Assembly (NCBI GenBank): GCA_965227295.1
Contig: OZ245742.1
Span: forward strand, 864,001 to 928,000
Reading direction: 5' to 3'
DNA: 64,000 nucleotides
Source of the DNA: Leptonemataceae bacterium
GTDB taxonomy: Bacteria; Spirochaetota; Leptospiria; Leptospirales; Leptonemataceae
Of this stretch, positions 18,942 to 27,396 are shown piece after piece. A model generated the notes under the pieces. The model saw only the letters and a list, made by a program, of their open reading frames with translations. It made no database searches and was not told the origin of the DNA. Within the stretch, counting starts at the first letter, position 1; each line of letters begins with the position of its first letter. The translations under genes were made by a program, and so were the position numbers.

Positions 18942-20843
18942 ATGACAGACACACTTCCTCGTTATTTCTACGATGTTCTTGCGAATGCCGCCCAACGCTG
19001 GCCGGATCAGGAGTCCTTCCGGCGCCGGGTCGGAGACAAACTCGTCGGCCGCACCTACAAGGAGATGAAACGTTGCTCCGACGAACTCGCCGCCGGCCTC
19101 ATTGACCTGGGCGTTCAAGTCGGAGACCGGGTTACCTTTTTGTGCGATGCATCGCATAACTGGTTTCTCACCGACGTGGCCATCGTTGCGTCCGGCGGAG
19201 TCAGTACGCCGCGGGGAACGGACGTTACCGACGACGACATCATCTACATTGTCTCACACTCCGAGAGTAAATATGCCCTCGTGCAGCGCGAAAAAGATCG
19301 CAAGCGTCTGGAAGGACTGCGCTCCAATTTTCCGGCGTTACAGCAGATCTTCGTCATCGAAACCGAGGAAGGCGAACTCGCCACGGGACCGGCAACCGTG
19401 GGCGAACTCATGGAAAAAGGACGCGCGGCTTTGCAAAACGACGCCGAAATCGTACGCAAGCGCGTGAATCAAACCGATCCCAAAGCCATGGCCACGTTGA
19501 TTTATACTTCCGGAACCACCGGCGCGCCCAAAGGCGTGATGCTGAACCAGCACGGTCTGTTGAGCGGCATCCAGCGTGTGCTGGAACGTTTGAACTTTCA
19601 GCAATCCGATCGCGTGGTTTCGTTGCTGCCGCCCTGGCACATCTTCGAACGCGCCAACGAATACGGCGTAGCCTGGACCGGTATCGACTTTCTGATTTCG
19701 AACATCAATGTACTCAAGAAAGACCTGGCCGAATTCAAGCCGACCATCCTGCCGTCCGTCCCGCGCATCTGGGAGTCCGTCTACAACGGCATCATCGGTA
19801 ACGTAAAGAAGGCCAGCCCGGCCCAGCAAAAGATCTTCAATTTCTTTCTGAACGCAGGCACCGCCTGGGCACGCCACCGGTCGATCCTGGGCGGCTACGA
19901 TCTCCAGGTAGAGAAGCCCTTTTTCCTGGTTTCGTTCGTGCGGCGACTGTGGTCGCTGATCGTGCTGATCTTAATGTCACCTCTGAAAGGATTAAGCAAA
20001 GTCATCTTTAAGAAGATCCACCAGGCGGTGGGCGGCGAGCTGCGCATCTCCGTTTCCGGCGGCTCGGCCCTGCCCGCGGTGGTGGATCGTTTTCTCCAGG
20101 CCATCGGAATTCCGGTGATGGAAGGCTACGGCATGACGGAAACCTCGGCCATCATTTCCGTGCGCGAGTTTTCGCGTCCCACCAGCGGCACCGTGGGCCG
20201 GCCGATCCCGGGCTACAGCATCAAGCTCAAGGACGAAACCGGCAAAGACGTTAAGGACGTGCCGGGTCAGAAGGGCACGCTCTGGGTAAAGTCGGATCAG
20301 ATCCTCATGGGATATTACAAACGCCCCGAGCTGAACGACGTTGTCTTCGATGAGGACGGCCACTTCGATACCGGGGACATCATGAAACTGAGCTGGCGCG
20401 GGGAACTCATGTTCGCCGGCCGGGCGAAAGATACGATCGCCCTTGGTGGCGGTGAAAACGTGGAGCCGGTACCGATCGAGGATAAGTTGCTGGAGTCCGA
20501 GTTTATCGATCAGGTGATGGTGGTCGGTGACGATAAAAAGACCCTGGGTGCCATCATCGTACCGAACTTCGAGCGAGTGCAGTCCGAGGTCTCCGGATTG
20601 TCCGAGGACGCGAAGTCCTGGAACGGCAATAAGGACGTGCGCGCACTGTACAAAAAGGAAATCACCCGCCTCATTTCCAAAGATACCGGCTTCAAGACCT
20701 TCGAGGTCGTGCCGGGCAACTGCTTTTACATTTCCGGACGTCCGTTCGAGGCCAACATCGAGATGACCCAAACGCTAAAGATGAAGCGCCCGGTCATAAA
20801 GGAAAACTTCGCGAGCGAAATCGACGCGATGTACGAGAAGTAA
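18942..20843 (+). CDS. Long-chain fatty acid-CoA ligase (AMP-binding)
   Basis: YTSGTTGAPKG, EGYGMTET, DTGD and GENVEP motifs. Confidence 0.92.
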   Translation: MTDTLPRYFYDVLANAAQRWPDQESFRRRVGDKLVGRTYKEMKRCSDELAAGLIDLGVQVGDRVTFLCDASHNWFLTDVAIVASGGVSTPRGTDVTDDDIIYIVSHSESKYALVQREKDRKRLEGLRSNFPALQQIFVIETEEGELATGPATVGELMEKGRAALQNDAEIVRKRVNQTDPKAMATLIYTSGTTGAPKGVMLNQHGLLSGIQRVLERLNFQQSDRVVSLLPPWHIFERANEYGVAWTGIDFLISNINVLKKDLAEFKPTILPSVPRIWESVYNGIIGNVKKASPAQQKIFNFFLNAGTAWARHRSILGGYDLQVEKPFFLVSFVRRLWSLIVLILMSPLKGLSKVIFKKIHQAVGGELRISVSGGSALPAVVDRFLQAIGIPVMEGYGMTETSAIISVREFSRPTSGTVGRPIPGYSIKLKDETGKDVKDVPGQKGTLWVKSDQILMGYYKRPELNDVVFDEDGHFDTGDIMKLSWRGELMFAGRAKDTIALGGGENVEPVPIEDKLLESEFIDQVMVVGDDKKTLGAIIVPNFERVQSEVSGLSEDAKSWNGNKDVRALYKKEITRLISKDTGFKTFEVVPGNCFYISGRPFEANIEMTQTLKMKRPVIKENFASEIDAMYEK

Positions 20844-20849
20844 GATCCC

Positions 20850-20872
20850 GCGGCCCCGCTCACCGGGGCCGC
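20850..20872 (+). terminator. GC hairpin after the acyl-CoA ligase
   Basis: gcggccccg-ctcac-cggggccgc; no clear U tract. Confidence 0.35.
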
Positions 20873-21081
20873 CTCCGCCCTCCGCAAAAACTCCTCGCCG
20901 ATCGGGCAATCCGTGCCTATTTTTTGAAGCTTCAGAACGGTCGTTCCGGCCGTCGCTGGAAAAACGGCGCATATGTTTGAAAAGAACTTGACGCAGGAGT
21001 GCTTCGTCTGATCAGACGCTTAGTCTGGGGAAAAATATCCCCGCGCCGATCATCGCTCACGCTCTACGGGAATCCACGGAA

Positions 21082-22797
21082 ATGCCTGACATCAGCCAAC
21101 CGCTCATTGTTCAAAACGATAAGACCATGCTCCTGGAAGTTCAAAACGAGAGCTTCGAGGACTGTCGCAGCATCGTAACTCGCTTTGCCGAACTCGAAAA
21201 GAGCCCGGAATACCTTCATACGTACCGAATCACCCCATTGTCGCTCTGGAACGCGGCATCTTCGAAGCTCAGCGCCGAAGACATTATCGAAGCGCTGGAG
21301 AAATACAGCAAGTACCCGGTGCCGAAGAACGTCATCAGCGAGGTGCAAGAGCAAATTTCCCGCTACGGCAAGGTTAAGCTGGTTAAGGAAGACGACGGTA
21401 CTCTCTACATCGTCTCCGACGAGCGCGCGTTCCTGAACGAAATCGCCAACCATCGCACGGTGCAGCCCTACATCGAAGACCGCCAGGGCGATCGCATTAT
21501 CGTAAAAGGCAACTATCGCGGCCACATCAAGCAGGCACTCATTCGCATCGGCTATCCCGTGGAGGACCTGGCCGGCTACGATGACGGCGCCGAATTCGGT
21601 TTCAACTTCCGGCACAAGACCCTGAGCGGCCGTGAGTTCGGTATGCGTGACTACCAGCGCCGCTCCGTCGAAGTCTTTCACGCCAACGGTTCCCGCGAGG
21701 GCGGTTCCGGTGTGATCGTGCTGCCCTGCGGCGCCGGTAAGACCATCGTGGGCATCGGCGTCATGCAGATCGTCGGCGCACAAACGCTCATCCTGGTAAC
21801 GAACACGCTGTCCATCCGCCAGTGGAAGAACGAGATCCTGGACAAGACGGACATCACCGAAGAGGACATCGGTGAGTACAGCGGCGAGAAAAAAGAAATC
21901 AAGCCCATCACCATCGCGACTTACAACATCATCACGCACCGCAAGAAGAAAGGCGGGGAGTTCACGCACTTCAACATCTTCTCCGCTAACAACTGGGGAC
22001 TGATCATTTACGATGAGGTGCACCTGTTGCCGGCGCCGGTATTTCGGATGACCTCCGAACTCCAGGCGAAGCGCCGCCTCGGCCTCACGGCGACCCTCGT
22101 GCGCGAGGACGGCCTGGAAGAGGACGTGTTCTCGCTGATCGGTCCGAAGAAGTACGACGTGCCCTGGAAGGAACTCGAGAAACAGGACTGGATCGCCAAC
22201 GCTCGTTGCATCGAGATTCGCGTGGACATGGAAGAAGAACTGCGCATGCAGTACAGCCTGGCCGACGACCGCGAGAAGTATCGCCTGGCGTCGGAGAATC
22301 CTTCCAAAATGGAAGCCATTCACACCATCATCGAAGAACACGGCCGCGAGAACGTGCTCATCATCGGCCAGTACATCGATCAGCTCGAAAAGATCGCGGC
22401 GCACTTTAACTTTCCTTTAATTACAGGTAAGACGCCGCTCATGGAACGCGAGCGTCTCTACCAGGGCTTCCGCTCCGGTGAGATCCCGTGCCTCATCGTT
22501 TCCCGCGTGGCGAACTTCTCCATCGACCTGCCCGACGCCTCGGTGGCCATTCAGGTTTCGGGGACGTTCGGCTCGCGCCAGGAAGAGGCGCAGCGCCTCG
22601 GCCGCGTGCTGCGTCCGAAGAGCGGCGACAACACTGCGTTCTTTTATTCTCTCGTAAGCCGCGACACCACCGAAGAACGCTTCGGTCAGAACCGGCAGTT
22701 GTTTCTTACGGAACAGGGCTACGAGTACCAGATCTACACTTACGATCAGTTCGAAGAGATGAAGGGCCGCATCCGCGAACACATTCTCCAGGGCTGA
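21082..22797 (+). CDS. XPB/Rad25/Ssl2-like DNA repair helicase
   Basis: N-terminal ELEKSPEYLHTYRITPLSLWNA; LPCGAGKT, DEVH, GLTAT and QRLGRVLR. Confidence 0.93.
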   Translation: MPDISQPLIVQNDKTMLLEVQNESFEDCRSIVTRFAELEKSPEYLHTYRITPLSLWNAASSKLSAEDIIEALEKYSKYPVPKNVISEVQEQISRYGKVKLVKEDDGTLYIVSDERAFLNEIANHRTVQPYIEDRQGDRIIVKGNYRGHIKQALIRIGYPVEDLAGYDDGAEFGFNFRHKTLSGREFGMRDYQRRSVEVFHANGSREGGSGVIVLPCGAGKTIVGIGVMQIVGAQTLILVTNTLSIRQWKNEILDKTDITEEDIGEYSGEKKEIKPITIATYNIITHRKKKGGEFTHFNIFSANNWGLIIYDEVHLLPAPVFRMTSELQAKRRLGLTATLVREDGLEEDVFSLIGPKKYDVPWKELEKQDWIANARCIEIRVDMEEELRMQYSLADDREKYRLASENPSKMEAIHTIIEEHGRENVLIIGQYIDQLEKIAAHFNFPLITGKTPLMERERLYQGFRSGEIPCLIVSRVANFSIDLPDASVAIQVSGTFGSRQEEAQRLGRVLRPKSGDNTAFFYSLVSRDTTEERFGQNRQLFLTEQGYEYQIYTYDQFEEMKGRIREHILQG

Positions 22798-22803
22798 TCG
22801 CGG

Positions 22804-25017
22804 GTGTTGCGCTACGCTTTGTTCCTGCTTCGATCGATCGTATTCGTGACCGCGGCGTCCTGTCTCGTTTCCTGCGGCCAGGACGTCCTCGCGGAGGTCG
22901 ACAGCCACCACGACAACGTCAGCAATGAGCAGCGCTGGCTGGAACAATACCGTCTCCCGGAAAAACTCGGTGCGCCCCTGGCCGGCTTTCCGAACGTCCG
23001 CCGGGACACCGCCGGCACCCCCCGGGGCGAACTGGCAGCCCGCTTGCGCCAGGCCGGTTTCTTAGCTTACGACGGCCGCAAGTTACTGCTGCACGAAGAA
23101 AGCGACGACGATGATCACGAGTCCTTCGATCCCTCCGAGGGTTCCGGCACTTTCTGGACCGGCCGCTTCCGCCCCATCTTTGCAAGACCAATAAAGCTCC
23201 CGAGCGGCAAAGACGGCGTCGCCGTCTCGCTGCGTTTTCGCGGAGTGTTGATCACGGACGACGGCGGCGAGTCGTACCGGTCCATGCCGGGTCTGCCGGA
23301 GCGCGCCGTATCCGTGGACCCCGGCAACACCGGCTTCGGTCCGAAGCTATATCGCGACGTCCTCGATCTCTGGCAAAACCAGCGGCGGCCGAATCAAATG
23401 GTCGCGCTGAACAAACACCACGTCCTGTTCACGGACGACGGCGGCGTTACGTTTCGTAAGATCAGTCTCGGCGGTGAATTCGATAAGGCCACCCTGAACA
23501 CGCTGACCGGCCGCACAAACGACGACGGCGAGATCAGCGAAATCTTTGTAGGCACCTACATTCGCGGCGTCGCGCGCTGCACGCCTGTGCGAGATTTCAC
23601 GGCCCTGCGCTGTCGCCAGCTCGCGAAAGGCATGCCCTTTCTGAAACACGAGCAGGGTTCGTACTTCATCGAAGAGGTCAGCGGCCTCGCCCTGGATCCT
23701 TCACGCGATCGGCTCTACGCCCTGTCTCGATTTCAGGCGGCGATCAACGTCCTTGACTTGAGCAACCGCGGTGAACGCTTTGAGAGTTTCCCGCTACCCG
23801 GCTTCGGCGGTGCCGATCATGCCGAGAGCCTGTGGTTCGACGCCGCCGGCGAAACGGCCTACATCGCGACAAACCGCGGCATCTACGTTTTTACGGCAGG
23901 CGACGGGAGCTTCCGCCACGTTCCCCATGATCGCATCTTTCCCGGTTACGACGAGGACCGTCCGGCGGAATTCCTGGCCACGACGGCCCGGGGCGAAGGA
24001 CGTCTCCTGCTGTCCCGCTATCTTTCGGAAACTCAGCACCGCACGCCCTCTAACTTACGAGCGTTGTATGTTAGCCCCACGTCCGTGCGCCGCAAACGCC
24101 GCACCGTCTTCGATCTCATCGACAACTACGGCTTCAATGCAGCCGTCATCGACGTCAAAGACGACTTCGGCCGACTGACATACGGCAGCGAACTGAAACT
24201 CGCGAAAGAGATGAACAACGCCCGGCGCCGCGTGGATGTACGCGGGCTGCTCAAACAACTGAAAGAACGCGGCGTGTATACCATTGCGCGGCAGGTGGTC
24301 TTCAAAGATCCGGTGCTCTTTCGTTACAAGAACAACGCCTACGCCATTCGGGACCGGCATCACGGCCGGCCCTGGGTCGGCAACGAGAAGGAACGCTGGG
24401 TGGACACCTACTCCAGCGAAGTCCACGATTACAACGTCAGTGTGGCTCAGGAGCTGGCGGAGATCGGCTTCGACGAAATCCAGTTCGACTACATCCGTTT
24501 TCCTTCGGACGGCCCCATCGGCCGTTGCCGCTGGTCGCACCGCCCGGGAGACGCTTACAAATCCGAGGCTCTGGAGAGTTTTCTCATGAAGGCGCGACGG
24601 GCCGTAACAAAGCCCATCTCCGTCGATATATACGGTTACCACGGCATCTATCGCGCGGGCACGGTGATCGGCCAGGACCTGATCGACGTCGGCGAGTTCG
24701 TGGACGTGGTCTCCCCCATGCATTACTCATCGCACTTCGGCAATCGTTACCTGGATCATTTCCCCAAAGACGTGCGCGCGTACGAACTTCTCAAGCTGGG
24801 CAGCGAACGCCCGCTGCGGATGACCCAGGGTCGCGTGCAGATTCGTCCCTGGGTCCAGGCCTTTCGCATGAAGATTTCCATTTGGGGCTACGGTGAACCG
24901 TACATGCGCAACCAGATTCTTGGCTCCGTGCGCGGCGGCGCCGACGGCTTTCTGTGGTGGGGCCCGATCAAAGAGTTTTATATTCCCGGCCGCGTCCACA
25001 TTGAACTACAAAAGTAA
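22804..25017 (+). CDS. Putative lipoprotein: BNR/Asp-box beta-propeller + putative glycoside hydrolase (DUF4015-like)
   Basis: LVSC lipobox; Asp-boxes ITDDGGESY and FTDDGGVTF; C-terminal VIDVKDD, VFKDP, GFDEIQFDYIRFP and RPWVQAF. Confidence 0.75.
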   Translation: MLRYALFLLRSIVFVTAASCLVSCGQDVLAEVDSHHDNVSNEQRWLEQYRLPEKLGAPLAGFPNVRRDTAGTPRGELAARLRQAGFLAYDGRKLLLHEESDDDDHESFDPSEGSGTFWTGRFRPIFARPIKLPSGKDGVAVSLRFRGVLITDDGGESYRSMPGLPERAVSVDPGNTGFGPKLYRDVLDLWQNQRRPNQMVALNKHHVLFTDDGGVTFRKISLGGEFDKATLNTLTGRTNDDGEISEIFVGTYIRGVARCTPVRDFTALRCRQLAKGMPFLKHEQGSYFIEEVSGLALDPSRDRLYALSRFQAAINVLDLSNRGERFESFPLPGFGGADHAESLWFDAAGETAYIATNRGIYVFTAGDGSFRHVPHDRIFPGYDEDRPAEFLATTARGEGRLLLSRYLSETQHRTPSNLRALYVSPTSVRRKRRTVFDLIDNYGFNAAVIDVKDDFGRLTYGSELKLAKEMNNARRRVDVRGLLKQLKERGVYTIARQVVFKDPVLFRYKNNAYAIRDRHHGRPWVGNEKERWVDTYSSEVHDYNVSVAQELAEIGFDEIQFDYIRFPSDGPIGRCRWSHRPGDAYKSEALESFLMKARRAVTKPISVDIYGYHGIYRAGTVIGQDLIDVGEFVDVVSPMHYSSHFGNRYLDHFPKDVRAYELLKLGSERPLRMTQGRVQIRPWVQAFRMKISIWGYGEPYMRNQILGSVRGGADGFLWWGPIKEFYIPGRVHIELQK

Positions 25018-25072
25018 CTTGCGGATTCCTCCCGCCCGGATCTCCATGGATCTACAAATATTAACACACTGA

Positions 25073-25101
25073 AACATTTTACGAATCATCCGTAAAATGT
25101 T
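25073..25101. promoter_or_regulatory. AT-rich inverted repeat, candidate operator
   Basis: aacattttacg-7 nt-cgtaaaatgtt upstream of the desaturase gene. Confidence 0.5.
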
Positions 25102-25167
25102 CGCGCCTCATCCTTTGGGACTATTGTGATGTAGCGCCATCCAACTACATCTCTCCGGAGTTGAGAG

Positions 25168-26079
25168 ATGTTCAGCAGGCAAACGGTATACTACACCGGC
25201 TACCTCGGCGGAGCCCTGTGGCCGCTCGCGGTGGCTCTTTATGCGTGTTTTTACATGTCCGTGATCGACGACAACGCCGGGCCGGCCGCGGTGCGAGACG
25301 GGATCGAGCCGGCCCTTCTCACGCTGATCTTTCTTCTTTTAACGTTAGCGTGGGAGCGCGCCATGCCTTACCGGCGACGCTGGAATCGCCTGGGACGTCG
25401 TGAGTTCCAGGACTGGTTACACTATTTCACGGCGGTCCTGCCGGCGGAAAGCCTCGGCCGTCATCTGGCCTATGCGGTTGTTCCTGTAATTCTCTGGCAG
25501 GTCCTCCCGGACCACGGCGGAGTCTGGCCGCGCGAATGGCCTGTGGCCGTTCAGGTAGTGCTCGGTATCCTGTTGTTCGACCTGGTTTACTACTGGTATC
25601 ACCGGTTGACGCATACGAAGCTATGGCTGTGGCCGCTGCATCACCTGCATCATACGCCGCGCTATCTCATTGTCACCAGGGGCTTTCGCCACACATTCCC
25701 GGAGTGGGGCCTGGATGTCCTGCTGCACACGTCCGCCTTCCTGCTCGTGGGCATGCCGGATCGGATTGCCCTGTGGGTTACAGCCGTCACGCTGCCCATC
25801 GGCATCCTGTCCCATGCGAACGTACGCTTGCCCGTACCGGCGATTATTCCCCGCATCTTCAATTTGCCGCAGACCCATCGCGTGCATCACGATCGCTCGC
25901 TCCACGGCGGCCTGTCGAATTATTCTGGTTTTTTTATGATCTGGGACCACGTCTTCGGAACGTTCGTGGACCCGGGGCGGTACCGGCCCAAACGTTTGGG
26001 CATCACCGGTTACCGGACGCCGCGCAGTTTCTGGAAGCAGTACTGGTCGTTCGTCTACGGTGTGAACCGCAGCTCTTGA
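25168..26079 (+). CDS. Sterol desaturase / fatty acid hydroxylase family protein
   Basis: His boxes YWYHRLTH, HHLHH, H.N and HRVHH, plus NYS...WDHVFGT; TM segments. Confidence 0.9.
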   Translation: MFSRQTVYYTGYLGGALWPLAVALYACFYMSVIDDNAGPAAVRDGIEPALLTLIFLLLTLAWERAMPYRRRWNRLGRREFQDWLHYFTAVLPAESLGRHLAYAVVPVILWQVLPDHGGVWPREWPVAVQVVLGILLFDLVYYWYHRLTHTKLWLWPLHHLHHTPRYLIVTRGFRHTFPEWGLDVLLHTSAFLLVGMPDRIALWVTAVTLPIGILSHANVRLPVPAIIPRIFNLPQTHRVHHDRSLHGGLSNYSGFFMIWDHVFGTFVDPGRYRPKRLGITGYRTPRSFWKQYWSFVYGVNRSS

Positions 26080-26400
26080 ATTACCGGAAACGTTCGGGTA
26101 AGTCGCGCACGCCCCGAATCGTGGTGTAAGTGACGGCCAGTGTATATTAAGACTTTTATGGGCACGGCTGGTTCCAGGCGACCACGGAGGTTATGCCGGG
26201 GAATGTGGTAAAGCGCACCGGCAGAATTCTCGCTTCAGCGAGATTTCTGAACCGCCGGCTTTCCGCATCGGCGGAAAGCATAAGTCCCCGGCGTCTTCGT
26301 TGCAAGAAACGCTGCGGTAGCCGAGTCGCAAACCGACGTCCGGGTCGAACGCAGCATTCTTAACAAAACGAAAACCCACAACTCCCGCTTCGCCGTAGCC
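26067..26400 (+). ncRNA. Candidate structured RNA, unit 1 (unassigned family)
   Basis: Nested stems with G-U pairs on the + strand; compensatory change relative to unit 2; a 67-nt two-hairpin insertion. Confidence 0.5.
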
Positions 26401-26457
26401 CAAAAAAAGACTGAACGATGCGGCTACACACTTAATCTTTCTCAAGATCCGCCACGA

Positions 26458-26730
26458 ACCGCAGTTCTTGAACTACCGGAAACGCTCAAGTAGTTCGCGC
26501 ACGCCCCGGATCGTGGTGTAAGTGACGGCCAGTGTACATTAAGCCTTTTATGGGCACGGCTGGTTCCAGGCGACCACGGAGGTTATGCCGGGGAATGTGG
26601 TAAAGCGCACCGGAACGGCGTCTTCGTTGCAAGAAACGCTGCGGTAGCTGAGTCGCACAACCAGCGTCCGGGTCGAGCGCTGCATTCTTAACAAAACAAA
26701 AAACCACAACTCCCGCTCAGCTGTAGCAAA
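26458..26730 (+). ncRNA. Candidate structured RNA, unit 2 (unassigned family)
   Basis: Same fold as unit 1 without the insertion. Confidence 0.5.
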
Positions 26731-26835
26731 AAAAGTCCTTTTACGACTACGCAACTTGTTTCATGTTTCTCGCGGCGACGGTTACGAACCGCGGCTCTTG
26801 AATTACCGGAAACATTTTTGTTTGATGGTGTACGT

Positions 26836-27384
26836 TTACACGGCCACGCGTTCCGTAGCGGCCGTGTCGAGTTCCTCGTTGAATCCGAAGAGACGCGGAT
26901 CCTTAAGACGATCGATATAAAGAACACCCTCCAGGTGATCGCATTCGTGCTGATAGACGACGGCATCGAAGCCCTCGATGATTTCGTCGTGGAACTCTTC
27001 GTCTTCGTCGTACCACTTCAGCCGGATGCGGCGCGGACGCTCCACGTAACCGCGCATTCCGGGAACGGACAGGCAGCCTTCCCAGAATCCCTCGCCGGCT
27101 TCTTCAAGTTGTTCGATCTCGGGGTTGATCAGAATCTTGTGCTCGATGCCGTTGCCGTTCAGCTCCGGGTAACGATCGCTGCGGTCGAAGCCGACCACCA
27201 CAACGCGCTTGAGCACGCCGATCTGAGGAGCCGCCAGGCCGAGGCCGTGAGCATCCTCCATGGTATCGAACATGTCACGGATGAGCTTTTTGATCTCTTT
27301 GCTGCGAATCTCCGTCACCGGAACCGGTTCGGATTTCTTGCGGAGCAGCGGATCGCCTGCGCGCAGAATCTTACGGACTGCCAT
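26836..27384 (-). CDS. def: Peptide deformylase
   Basis: [17 protein letters not shown] and QHECDHLEG motifs. Confidence 0.96.
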   Translation of the reverse strand: MAVRKILRAGDPLLRKKSEPVPVTEIRSKEIKKLIRDMFDTMEDAHGLGLAAPQIGVLKRVVVVGFDRSDRYPELNGNGIEHKILINPEIEQLEEAGEGFWEGCLSVPGMRGYVERPRRIRLKWYDEDEEFHDEIIEGFDAVVYQHECDHLEGVLYIDRLKDPRLFGFNEELDTAATERVAV

Positions 27385-27396
27385 AATATAGATGAT

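Larger units (their letters stand above)
26064..26813. repeat. Tandem array: two homologous units (392 and 330 bp) bounded by three 28-bp direct repeats (26064-26091, 26456-26483, 26786-26813)
   Basis: Repeat gaaccgcRgYtcttgaaYtaccggaaac x3; a core of about 117 bp differs at 3 positions between the units. Confidence 0.92.

Noticed and set aside
21064-22404. Long antisense ORFs (e.g. 21064-22404, 26818-27900, 38261-39181, 45870-47366)
   Set aside because: They are shadows of well-supported genes caused by high-GC codon bias and carry no motifs of their own.
12011-22797. PC4 and XPB as eukaryote-derived novelties
   Set aside because: Bacterial homologues of both are established, and the genes are not adjacent.
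26100-26330. Cobalamin, T-box, hammerhead, SRP or tmRNA identity for the repeat unit
   Set aside because: Only fragments resemble them (GGGAA, GUGGUA). The B12 box, T-box antiterminator, CUGANGA/GAAA core, SRP helix 8 and tRNA-like ends are absent. 6S RNA cannot be excluded without a covariance search.
26186-26363. Small peptide from GGAGG-tt-ATG (MPGNVVKRTG...) in both repeat units
   Set aside because: SD spacing is only 2 nt and the unit 1 insertion shifts the frame (about 56 vs 20 codons), so the peptide is not conserved. The track ORFs at 26191-26754 are likewise not shared.
26064-26813. CRISPR array interpretation of the three 28-bp repeats
   Set aside because: The intervening segments are 300-360 bp and homologous to each other rather than unique 30-40 bp spacers; no cas genes are in the window.
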